NCBI GenBank assembly: GCA_038496445.1
Contig: JALMLS010000195.1
Span: forward strand, 62,001-126,000
DNA from: Trichosphaerium sp. ATCC 40318
Taxonomy: Eukaryota > Protista > Tubulinea
Length of the DNA stretch: 64,000 bases
Direction: 5' to 3'
In this document: piece by piece, positions 39,682-52,601 of the stretch
Numbering within the stretch: the first letter of the stretch is position 1
Layout of the letters: each line of letters opens with the position of its first letter
Position numbers and translations under genes: made by a program
The notes under the pieces: generated by a model
What the model saw: the letters and a program-made list of their open reading frames with translations, nothing else
Databases searched by the model: none
Told to the model about the DNA's origin: nothing

Positions 39682-40038
39682 CTTGTGTAAATAAAAACCA
39701 TACATGTAGCCCTGCCCTTTGCCCTTGTTTCTACTACTACAAACATCTACTTGGTACGATTCAGTAAAATGACACTGTATTCCACACTGAGATGCGCGTG
39801 TCTTGTGCTACACAAAAAATCTGTTGTTCCTGTTGTTGTTTCTAGGGACTATTAGATTTCGAAGAAATCACGTGATTTGGATGTTGTTTCGCTGGAATTT
39901 GTACAGGAAACAGCTAATTTTTTAGTCAAACAAAGCTCTAATCAGTTTCGACGTACCGTTGTGTACCACAACCTTATAAATATTTAGGAAACCAAAAACT
40001 TTCAGCCTACTCACACAAGCAGAACAACACGTTAAGAT

Positions 40039-41579
40039 ATGAATGACTCTACAACATTAAACACGTTGCCACTTGACGTTATAGCAATATTTTGTGATTA
40101 TTTACCAATCGACGAGATATTGTCTTTTCGGCTTGCTTCAAGAAGGTGTTGTGAAGGAAGTAACAAATCCTACCTGAGACACATCTTACAACTCAAGAAA
40201 TACCTAAAATCAACACTCGATAAACACCACAATGACCCTATCACTATCAAATACAACTGGCTGGTCTCCAAGACGATGAATGATCTTCATGCTTTGAATG
40301 AATTGATTCAATTGGAACGTGCTCCAAATCCGAAAAGTAATAATACTGTACTTTTTGTCGCTCTTTAAGTCACTAATCAACTTTTTTACAAGGTACAATC
40401 AAGAGATTTTTAGCATGGTACTCTGAGGAGTCAAAAGTTCCTACCGAAGCGAAAGGATTATTTTGCGAGTTTCAATTGAATACAAAAGACGGTGAGGATG
40501 TTGTCTATGGATTTTGTTGCTATGATGAAGTGTACAACTTCCGACAAGGTAATTTGTCTTTGCTTTTCTTGACGAATTCTGAATTCCGTCTTTGATTTGG
40601 TAATCTCATTCTTGTCAGACGAAAAACAAGTTGGAGTTCAAATGGAACTAACCGTTGGAAAGTCCAAATCGGCACCGCTCGTCAATATATACGCAACATA
40701 CAATAAATACTATGATCTAGAATTATCGGAGGCTGTGAGATTGAAGATGGCCGATGAATACCAACAGTTGAATGATGAGCAGTTTTGTATTCAAATTCTC
40801 AAAGATATTGGTATCGACATGGCTGACCTTGGAACACTTGAAATTGGAATGAGTCGTTATTTAGATGTACCCTATCCAGGCTTCATTTTAAAAGAAGGAC
40901 AAGTACCAGAAGTTCCACGTTTTATTTCAGTGCTGTTAAAAAAGTCATTGGTTCAGTATGTCAGAAAGAGGATAACTGCTTGCTTATTTCAAGTTGTGCT
41001 ATCAGAAGACCTGAAGAGTACCAATAGAGGATATCCATTAGTACACGAAGATGAACTCAAAAGGGTACAGCTGATATCCTGTGAATCGTGGTCAATAGGT
41101 TGTCATGAATACTGCTGCGTACGCTACTTACTTAGTACATTTCTGTGAACTAACATTTCAAAAAGGATCGTGGTTTCCTCGATGTTGTCTATCGCTACAA
41201 AGGTCACCTTGTCCACTGTATTATTAGTGGTCACTCTTACTATGAAGACGAATTTGCAATCAAACTACACTTTGACACTGTGGCTCTTGGAGAATTACAC
41301 CAAAAATCCGAGGGTTACGAGTCTCTGAATATCTTGTCAACTTCTGATGCACCAGACGAGATTTGGGATTCTGTAAAAGATATCATTCCAAAAGAATCGC
41401 CTTCGCATACTGATAGTATGTTATTCCTAGCGTCATTGGCAATTATCGGATGTCCTAGCACACATATTGGAACGGTTGAAGATGTGGGAAGAAATCATCT
41501 GTTGTACGAAGATCCTCTACTCAAGTACTTTTTTCATATTGTGACGAAAGGACTTCCAAAAGGATCTATATATCGCTGA
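40039..41579 (+). CDS. F-box protein with uncharacterised C-terminal region, multi-exon
   Basis: LNTLPLDVIAIFCDYLPIDEILSFRLASRRC (F-box). Downstream exons are ORFs 40597-41148 and 41280-41579. Confidence 0.7.
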
Positions 41580-41916
41580 TAATAAACTCACTGTTCCCTT
41601 CTGGGCTTGCATATTTTACTGGATATCTTTTTAAAACGTTGAACTTAAAGCATGTGTTGTTATTTGAGACACTTTCATTGCCTATCGGCACTAGGTGTTA
41701 GAAATTCGCAAAAATTTGCAATCTAATTTGACAGTTGCCTTCAAGGGACTTCAGACTAGTACAGGCCATTAGAAGACTCTCAACTATCACCTGTGTGACA
41801 CATAGGTCCACATAAAGCGGTTTTAGAACCGTATCTTGTGATTCATTACACAGACATTTTTCCGCAGTGGCAACTTAACGAAAATTGTTTTTCACCAATT
41901 TCAACTCGTTTACTTC

Positions 41917-44900
41917 ATGACAACCGTATTTATAAACGAACTTCACTACGAAGATAAGTGGGAGGACCAATTCGAAGGTATGTAACTTCTAAACGTTCAT
42001 CTGTAAAGCCTCAAACAATTTTGAAAGGAGTCGAGATTGCTGGTCCCGCGGGTACTAATTTGACTGGCTGGTCGCTTGCGCTTTACAAAGGTATGTCTAT
42101 CTAGCGCCAACTCCGATTTTGTATCTTTTTTTGTGTATGTTAAGATTCTTTCTTCAAGGTGATGGCACAATGTATAAACAAGTCGATGTGCATGGTTTGA
42201 TAGCGAATTTGTCAGTACGGTTATTTTTTTTTTACCATCCAAAAAAAACATCACGTGATTTTTTGTTTTCAAACTCAAAAATTGTTATTTTAGAACGGTT
42301 TCGGGTGTGTGTTTGTGTATGTTCCTCATATTGATAACGGTAAGTGAGAAGATAATCTCCTTAAAAACTACAACTCTAACTCTTATGAAGGTGAACACGG
42401 TGGCGCTGGTATAGCGTTAATTGACGCTGATGGCACTGTCCGACAATTTTTAAGGTAACGAATAGAACATAAATCACGACAGTCGTTATTCTCACTTGTA
42501 ATTAGCTATGAGGGTCAGTTTACAGCGAGCGATGGTAAATAAGATTTAGCTCATTCAAAACTCAACGTTTTCTTACCGGAAACTCAATAGGTCCTGCTTC
42601 TGGTACTGAAAGTATTGATATCTCAGTATCAGAATCTGATCAGAGCAGTAACAAGAACTCCTTACAGCTACAGGGAAAAGGTCGTGTGTACGAAGACTTT
42701 GAATGGGTACGTGTCTATTAACAAACCCTTTGTTCCTTACAACACATAGCATGGTCCTGTAAAGAGTTCTCCTGGTGCTATCAACGCCGGTCAAGAGTTT
42801 GGTATGTCACTTTGTTAACTGAGCTGTGAAGCTAAATTAAGAGCAGAGGAAGTCAAAATTGAAGCGGGAGGTGTAGCTTTAGACATGAAAGTCCAAGAAA
42901 ATAGAAAAAATCATCACACAGACTTGTATGAAACGCCTGTGATGCTATTACTGCGGTACACATATATACAATATATATATTACTAATTAAGCACATCTAG
43001 ACGCGCTCAGGAGTTTGACGTTGAGTTTACTACGGACAAACGTAATTTTTTTTAAACAATTGTTGATGAGATTCTTTTCTTATAACCTGTACAGCAAGCG
43101 ACTCCAAGATATCGATTGAGTTATCAGTATTCCCTGAGGAAGAGAAGATAACGTTTGATGTCTTGCAAGAAAGACCATCACGTGATTCAAACAAGTGGGA
43201 GGCATACATATGGACGAAAAAAGAAAATGGATTTTCGATGAGAATAAGGTTTGTTCCTTTTGAAACTTTTTCCTCCAGCACTTTCAGCCCTTTCTATTTT
43301 GGGATTTTTGCTCAAATTTCTTGATTCTATTTTGCGGAGGGTTAATAAATATGAAGGATACCTGCGAATGCAATTGTTGGACAGTACACAATGAAAATTA
43401 CTTTCGAAGGAGAAGAGCCAATAGCATATCCTCATCCAGTAATTGTTTTGTTCAACCCTTGGAGCGAAAAAGATGATGTTTACATAAGAAATGATAGAGA
43501 TAGAACAGAGTATGTAACAAACTATGAGGGGGCTATTTGGGTACGTAAAAACAACACTGAAGACAAGAAAAAGCCAAACAGAATTAACTATTTTTTTACC
43601 ATTTGTCCATTGTTTTTGTTTTGCTTGTTTTGTTGTATTACCACCTCTTTTAGAAAGGTAGCGCATTGCTCGCAACTCGACTAGCATGGGATTATGCTAT
43701 CTATGAAGAGAAGTCTCTTTTGGCTTGTCTACAGCTGGTTACAATGTTGCCAGTACGGTTTTTTTTATTTACTGTAATGACGTATGAAGCTTATATTGTT
43801 TTGTAGTTAGATACAAGGTCTGACGCAGTTCTTTTTTCAAGAGCTTTGAGCGCACTTGTAAATTCTCAAGATGAAGGCGGTATCTTGGTGGGAAACTGGA
43901 GTGGTACCGTTTGTTTTTAACTTGATTTTCTGCCAAAATAACCAACGAGGTTTTTGTTTGATTGATTGTCTATTTAGGAAACTACGAAGGTGGAGAGAAA
44001 CCAAGTTCTTGGACAGGATCAGGTCCTATCTTAGAGCAATTCTATGTTACTGAAAATCCAGTAAAATACGGTCAATGCTGGGTGTTTGGTAAGTAGTCTT
44101 GTTTAGCTGGTTTTTTTTCTAACTCTTCTTCAGCTTGCGTTTTATGCTCCGTTTGTAGAATACTTGGTATCCCTTGTCGTTCCTTGACGAATTTCAACTC
44201 AGGTACGGTTTTGTTTTAATATGTCATCGTAGATCACGTGATATAAGGCAACTTTTTGTTTATTCTGTTTTGTTTATGTTAGCCCACGACACATCTTTTG
44301 ACAGAGGCATTGAGTTGTATTTCTACAGAGACGATGATGGAGAACTCATTAAAGATCATGCTGTAACTTCAGATTCCATTTGGTACCACATCATAAAACC
44401 CTTTATTCTTTATTAGAGTATTGCCTTTGTAATCGATTAACCTATCTTCTTAGGAACTTCCATTGCTGGAATGAAGTATGGTATGTTTGTTGATTTTCTC
44501 AGCTTCACTTTACTAACGCTATTGATAGGCTTGCAAGGAGAGACTTACCACCTGGATATGGTTCTATTTATACTTCTTATTTACTTTGTTGCTAATCTAA
44601 GGTCTGTAGGTGGTTGGCAAGCACTTGATTCTACACCTCAAGTACGCTTGTTATTTTTTACTATTTACTAAGCAATACAAAGGAATTGAGTGGTGGTATA
44701 TATCAAACTGGACCTTGTCCGGTTTCGGCTATTAAGGCAGGATCTAAGAGCAAAGCAATTAAATATGATCTTGACTTTATTTATGCTGAAGTTAACGCTG
44801 ATATAAAGTAAGTTGACTTGATAAGATGCTTGTCAAGAAGGATTAAAAGCAATTTCGTTCAACATTTCTAACTGTTATATTTTTTAGACACTTTGCACGT

Positions 44901-46427
44901 GATGAAGAGAGTGGGGAATATGAATTAATTAAAGTAAATACTAAACATGTTGGCGCAGAAATAGTTACAAAGGTACACTTGGCTTTATTAATCACATGCG
45001 AAAACAATTTCGTTATTTTGTTTTTTTCTTTGATGTGAAATGAGTAGTTTCACTTGGCAGTATTCCTGTGTTCGCAAGAGACTATCCTATTTACCACACC
45101 AGATCTCTCTGCTTGATAGCTTGTTAACTTGTTTCTAGGCAGTTAACTCTATGCTAAAGAGATACATTACAGGAGGTTACAAGCATTTTGAAGGAACTGC
45201 AGCGGAACGTGCAGTACACCAAGCACCATCAGGTATTTAAAACCAGGTGTCTTTTAAACTGGTTGCTCATAACAATTGTAGAAGCACTCAAGCTTGAAAT
45301 GTCTGTTGAACCAGAACAGGTAAGCAAATATCAAGATACTTCTATTGTTATGAGGAGGTCTAGATTACAGCTATGCTAAAATGCAGTCTTGACCACTTAC
45401 GCACATTGTTACTTTTTTGGCGTTCAAAAGAAAAACGAAAAAGTTGAAAACCCAAACAGTTTTTTGTTTATGTAGTTTTAATTCAACATCTAAAACGAAT
45501 GTTTTAGGCTCGTGTTGGCGATGACTTTGAAGTTACTATAACTGTAACAAGACTTAAAGGTGCCGGTTATACTCCAGATAGGAATGCTTCACTCATGTGC
45601 GTTTTTAAAACTGTTTTTTTTTTGTGCTTAAACTTTGTAATTATCACTTAGGTTTGTTGCTTATGCGCTGTTCTATACTGGAGAACCAAGAGATAAATTT
45701 AAGTCCAAGACTGTTAGAAAATTCACTGTCCTTGGATCAGGTGAACCTGCAGAATTTAAGATTAAAATATCTCAGCGGAATTACCTACCTCTTCTTGATG
45801 ATGTAAGTATCTTATAATTTTCTACTTTTTGATGTTTTCTTAACTCTGAAATTAGGATCACTATATGAAGTTTTCATCATATGTACTCATAGATGATACG
45901 AAAGAGACCGCCATCAATGAACTTAACTATGATTTACTCGATCCTGAAGTAAATATGGACGTTGATGGTGACTTAAAAGAAGGTGAAGAAAAAGTGGTTA
46001 AGGCAAGAACGAACGGTCTTTTTTTTACAAGAAACTAACCTGTTTATTTAACATAACAGGTATCCTTTAAGAACCCAATAAGTAAAGATCTAACAGATAT
46101 GACTTTACATGTTGAGGGAGCAGGTCTTATTCATAGGGAGAAGTTCAAGGTAACTCAATCATATCGCTCCAAAACCGAGAAAAAATTAAGAAATAACTCA
46201 TTACTCTATTGTAGATTGGTACTTTAGCCAGTGGAGCTACAATGGAACAAGATGTTACAATCAAGGGATTACATACAGGTAATCACATACTAGTAGCGAC
46301 AATAAACTGTAACGTACGTCGAAACGAAAAAAAAAACTGGAAACTTTTTTTTTGATTTATTGGTTTATAACTTTTGGTGTAGGAATTGGCGCCAATCCAT
46401 GGTGAGCAAGATGTATCTGTGATATAA
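41917..46427 (+). CDS. Animal-type protein-glutamine gamma-glutamyltransferase (transglutaminase) with N-terminal lamin-tail-like (LTD) domain
   Basis: Catalytic triad motifs PVKYGQCWVF, WNFHCWNEVW, GGWQALDSTPQE. Also LLRRAQEF, VLFNPW, IYAEVNAD, VSFKNP. N-terminus MTTVFINELHY...GVEIAGPAGTNLTGWSLALY. Confidence 0.92.
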
Positions 46428-46862
46428 AATGATTTACATGCGGAATTGTCATAAGGGATTAAAAAAATAGAAACACAGTATTACAGCTGGAACGAAGAAA
46501 AAACCAAATAAAACTTTACATTCTTGTACCCTCCTTCATATTAACTTAGCATGCCCTAAACTACAAAGAATTTAACGAGCAAATGCATTATAGCCGTTAG
46601 CCGTCACGTGTTCTCTGGTACCAATGGCTGCAAGCACGCTCATACTATTTTTTTACAGACGCTCAAATTGCTGCAGCAATTTAGCTTCTTTTTTTGAGGT
46701 ATGCGCTACACCAGGTGCTCTTCAATCCTTTGTAATCAGTGGACTGTATACTGTGTTTATAGTTCGTTGGAGATGTCATTAGAGTATTTTCTTTGAAATA
46801 AATTATAAACATTTGTTAACAACTTGACGCAATAACAAGGAAAAAAAATGGATCATTTGTAT

Positions 46863-49050
46863 TTATATTACAGGCACAACATAGATAATGAGACAAAGAA
46901 AGCATATAGTAAACACAGTCATAAAGACACACCACTCAATAAATGATGCATACTTGGGGCAAGCACCTAAGGAGAAACATCTTTAGCAAGACTAACAAAC
47001 AACATCAATGACAAATTGTACCTTGTCTGCGATGTTTCTTTTTGATTGATCTTGCAAAATCCTTCAAAAAAAAAAATTAGCCAAATGACAAAGCATAAAG
47101 AATACAATTTTTAGACATACCTCTGGCTTTTCTTCTTCTTCCTTTTGATCATTAAATTTCTGAGTCTCTGACTTTAAAAATCTTTCAAGCCTTTGAGTAT
47201 ACTTTCTACTGAAAATATCGAAATAGTAGCAAGCACCTAAAGAAACCCTTGTAAGAAAGAAAAAAAATCTATCAATCTCCAAACAACCGAAATATACGTA
47301 CCACTCCAACACGAGAAAAAGAAGATAAATAGAACATAGACAACATTAAACCAACGGTACTCATAAGCGAACTTGGCTGGGATCAAGAATATTATAGTAT
47401 ACACATATTGAAACCCTGAAAAAAGCAAGAAGAGCGTCAGTAAACAAAGCACATCTCACTCCTCAAAAAAAAAATTCAAAAAAAATACTTGCCTACGAGT
47501 AATACCAATGGAGGTACATTCACTCCACGCTTGTGGAAAAAGTTGTAAATAAAGTGAGGCTGAATTTCAGACATCCAGATTTTAGAGGTGACCAAGTACT
47601 TGTCTTGTTTAATTTTACTCCTATCTAATAGCTCTGTTCTGATCAAGTAAAATATCTAAAACAGCAAAAAACGCCAAGAGTCAGCCTTCATTTAAGAATT
47701 TTTGAAGAAATTTGAACAAAAAGCTCTAAAAGCCAACAAAATGTATCCATATCGTTTACGCACCTGCCAAAAGCTGTATACAACGAGCGGGATTACCAAA
47801 AAATCTTTAAATGAGATATGCTCGTCTTCTGGCTGATTAAACAGCTCAGGGTTCTTCCAACGCAAGCAATAGCTAACTATTAATTATTAGAACGGCAATT
47901 GGTCAGTTTAAACATGAATCCAAAAGAGGACTTACCACAAGGAGGAAACATATGTATAAATAAAGTTGTTACTTTGTCTAAATCATGGAATACTAAACTA
48001 TTACGCCATGCGACAACTGCAAAACCAAGAGGGCCAGTTCTAAGCAAAATTAAAAAAGTCAGAAATTTTGAACATCCATTCTGAATAAGTGAACATCTGT
48101 TGATGGTTTTGAAAACTATTTTCGGGCTAGATTCTCGCCGTGAACGTACGATAATGAGAATATCAGTTTAAAGTATTTAATATCATTCCAAAACCCGAGA
48201 AAGTATATGAGGTAAACGAATTGGCAAAAGTAGCAGTAATCTAGCAAGAAGTAGTGAAACTTCAAGCCATGGTAGTGAAAGAAGCGCCAAAGTATAAGCT
48301 AGAATCGAGTAAACGAAGGACATTTCGCACGAAAAATACAAAAAACGTACTGGAATCATAGAAAATATGTAAAACCAGTGTATGAACTGTGGTGCTGCCA
48401 AGATAAAGTATTGAGTGCCTAAAACAAGGCGTTTCAGCATTGAGAAAAATAAAAAAAAGACAAATCTGGCATTTCTTCGTTTACTTACCTAGTAGAAGTG
48501 CAATACCCGCCATGAACGCTCTATAGTGAGTTAACCACGTATACAGAAGTACGGAAAAACTTTCGTCATACATTTTATCAATGGTTCTAATAAACGGAGG
48601 TGATTTTAGTTTTGCTCTCGATTTGTCTAGGAACTTTTGAAGGTCTTCACGCGATTTGCTGGTTCTTATTTTCACCAAGTCTCTTCCTTTTTTAATATTT
48701 CCCTGTAAATGCGAATTAGCGTATTTCAGCGCGTGGAGGATAAGATCCGAGCATTAATAGAGCTAACAATTGCTTAAAAAAGATCCATACCATTATGCTT
48801 TGGCCTACTTCTTTCCAGTTGTTCAGGTCTGTTCCTTTCTGTAGTTGTAGCCTGCGCGCGGCTTATTAGCGTTCAACGATGAATTTCTGTCGTACGTTGC
48901 CCAAGTACTCGTAAACTCTTGAAAAAACGCTGCCTTCTGGTTAGGGCCTGGAACCCAGTCATCGTATTCGAAATTCAAACCGTCAAAGTTATGATTATCT
49001 CCCTCTGAGGCATACTCATCAGCGTCGCTGGAAGGACGTTCTGTCGCCAT
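46863..49050 (-). CDS. GPC1: Glycerophosphocholine acyltransferase (DUF2838)
   Basis: LLDYCYF and GPLGFAVVAWRNSLVFHDLDKVTTLFIHMFPP motifs; multiple TM segments. Confidence 0.85.
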
Positions 49051-49525
49051 GCTACGTGGTCAGTCCAACTTGCTGGTTGAAAATGAAAGAAGTCAGACAC
49101 GTTCTTTCAGCAATAGTCATGACAGCTGTTTTAATGCTTAATTAGAGCGAGTTGCTTTTTTCAAAGACTGTTTAGTGTAGTAATCTACTTATTACAAGGC
49201 GTATGAGCGCCAGTAGAAATTGTCTTGCCAAAACCGTTAGATAACTGAAAAAAAAGTGTGAAAACGCCTCATTTGGATTGATTGCGTTGTACCATGGTTA
49301 TAGTGATCGAAAAGGGGTAGAAGTGGCTGTTGGAGGCTCCAAGCGCCGTAGAAACGCTCACAAGTTGGTAAAACGTATTAGAGTGGAAATAATGCGCTTC
49401 TTGGGACGAATTCATTTTGTGCGGTGCATTCCCAAAAAGATTAAAAAAACAGTCAAGTTTGTGATTTTCGCGATAATGATCAGAAAAAGAGTACGATAAT
49501 TACATCCTCGCGTGTTGCGCACGCA

Positions 49526-52373
49526 ATGAATTTTATTCTCCTCATATTGATCTCGTTGGCGCTTATTAACGAAGCCCAATCAACAATATGTACAAATGCT
49601 ACATGCGAGTATACCTTTGTTATAAGCAACCGCCTAACCATGGTACTAATTAAACAGTGTTTCCCTACGCGTAATATTAAAAAACGTTAGTCTACAAAAA
49701 ACCTTCCCAACTCAAACGGAGTGTATGTATACGTAAAAGACGGTTCATACTATTATCTTGATGGAACAGTACAGTGAAAACAAGGTTCATAACCCGAGCT
49801 AACATTACCTTTTTAGAAGGAAGTAAAGCTGCCAGATGATAAGGTTGACGAAATCATAGATACTGATGGTTTCTGGCGCATGGTTACAGTAGTAAATGGG
49901 CAATTACCTGGACCTGCGATAGAAGTAATGGAGGGCGCTGAAATAGTAGTACACGTGGAGAATAGACTAGAAAATGAAGCCACTACTATGCATTGGCATG
50001 GCATGTTCCAGAGAGGTACACCATGGATGGATGGTGTCTCTCAGATTACACAGTGTGGTATATTACCAGCTACTTCGTTTACATACCGATTCAAAGCAGA
50101 ACCGGCAGGTACACAAATTATTATTTTATCTCCATTGGTCGTTTTGGTCAATTTTTTGAGTATCTTAGGAACACATTGGTATCATTCGCACCATGGTCTA
50201 CAACGATCTGAGGGTGTATTTGGAGCATTAATAATACATTCTAAGAAGCCTGATACTCTCCACGCCAAATATTGTAACGAGGAGAACGACTTTCATTTGG
50301 TATGCTAGTGTTTTTTGAAATGAGTTACAACCACGTGGTTGCTGTTTTTTTTTTGTTCTGACCTTTATAAGATATTGAATGATTGGTATCATCACTCTCA
50401 GGTAGATATTATGCATAAGCGTATTGGTACTGGTTACCACCCAAATGGTCCAGATAAAGCGAGCACTCCGTGGACATTTGGTTTTGATGGAAAAATTACA
50501 GCTGAAGTACCTTTTCAGTCAGCCTTGATAAACGGCAAAGGACGTTTCAAGTAGGTTATAATTATGCCACAGATTTACTTATTATAAACAGCAACTCAGA
50601 GTATGATTTATTGGACGGCTGTCCGTCAGTGAGAAAGAATAAAGTACTTACATAATACGAAACTTTCTAAAACTAATTGTGATCAAGATACAACTCACAA
50701 CGTATAATGTCAAACCAAACTCAGTCTACTGTTTCCGCGCGATTGGTGCTATGATGGAGAAGAATTTTGAGATATCTATAGATGGTCATCCAATCACGTG
50801 CGTGGTTAATTTAATCACGTGCAAACGTTAATTTTTTTGTTCGTAGTATTATAGCTTCAGATGGACATGAAGTCGAACCAATTACAGTGGATACCCTTCA
50901 CTTGCATGGAGGTGAGAGATATGATTTTGTAGTAGAGACAAAACCATCAACGCCTGGTGATGGTAATGTATGGATTCGTGCACAAACTACAGAGCATGCA
51001 CCAGGTACTCAGAATCACCAAGGACTTGCTATTCTGCGGTATCAAGGTACAAAACATAAAACTCGTTCTGTATTTGTTTTTAAACTCTGTTTACTAGGCG
51101 CCCCAAACAAAGATCCTCAGTCATCGAGAACGCCTTGCACTGCCACCAAGAGATGTAAAAGCCTTAACTGCCCTTACCCTGCTTTTCCTACATCGTATTA
51201 CAAGGATTGTATTCATGTTGATGCGATGAGAAGCTATGAAAAGTCTTTTGTTCCAAACTTCCCTGAGCCTGATTTTGTTGAGTATTTTCTTAACTTTGTC
51301 TTTGAACCACTCGGCGTTAATAGAAGAAGGTACGAGGTTGTTTTTGTATTCAAAAACGTGAAGCTATTGCGTGCATGTTGAGACTAAAACAAACCCTAGT
51401 TTCGTGGTCCCAAGTTCTCCACTATTAACTCAATTCGGAAATGGTACTACTCTATTTACTTGATGATTGGTTCTTTTTTTTTCCCTTTTTGGAACAAACT
51501 CGTGCCTCTTAGAAGAAATACTATTTATTTTTTGCACGTAAATTTGGACTAAGAATAATTATAGATACACACGTTCCTTGTGATGACACGAAATGTGATT
51601 ACGACTCATGTAGTTGTACACATTACCAAACAATAGAATACAATAAGACAGTACAATTGGTATTAACTAATTTTGGTCGACATGCTGCAGCAATGCACCC
51701 AGTGCACCTTCATGGACACTCATTTTATGTTCTTCAAACAGGATTTCCAGACTTTGATCCCGTTACTGGTATGTCACAATTAGTGTTATGACCATTGTTT
51801 TAAAACTGCATAGGAAGATTACTCAATAATATAACATCGAATATTGAGTGTATTAATGGCACTGTATGTGGTACGCAACAGAACAAACAAAAAAAATTGT
51901 TCGCAGTATCAAACTTTTTGTTGTTTATCGTGTTTAACACAATGTCTAGCCGTTCAGAAATGGAAACCTGGATACCCTAAAGACTTGAACCTAGAAAACG
52001 CCCCTCAAAAGGATACAGTCGTTGGTATGCAAATTTAAGAAGTACCAAAACAATAATTACTAACTTGGATTTTTAGTTGCACCAGGATCTTATGTTGTTG
52101 TTCGTTTTGTCTCTGACAATCCTGGTTGGTGGCATTTACATTGTCATATGACTCAACATCTTTACTATGGTCTTGGAATGATCTTAAACGAAGCACCTCA
52201 AGAGCAGAAGCTATTTCCACCACCTGCAGGGTACAAACACTTCAAAATAGCTTTTTTTTTGCTTCATTTCTTTATACATCTTTAGGTTCCCAACTTGTGG
52301 TAACTTTAAGACTGAAAGTATCTCTGATAGCAGAAAAATGTGGGAAAATCTCAAAGCAAAAAGGGCACCATAA
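49526..52373 (+). CDS. Secreted three-domain multicopper oxidase (laccase-like)
   Basis: Signal peptide; copper motifs HWHG, WYHSH, HPVHLHGH, HCHMTQHLYYGL; C-terminal PPPAGFPTCGNF. Confidence 0.93.
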
Positions 52374-52601
52374 TAAAATAAACTAACCTATTAAACATCA
52401 CAATGGTTTAAACCAGGATCACCAATGCAAACAAAGCGTTAACATTACAAAATATATTTAAACCCTTTTTTTTTTGAACCTTCATCAAGAATATTATCTA
52501 CAGGCACTTGATTGTATATTCTTTGAGACAGACAGCAAAACCTTGCACGGCTTCCTGACTTGAAGGATACTGACTAAGCAATCGGAACATGTCATTAAGT
52601 C

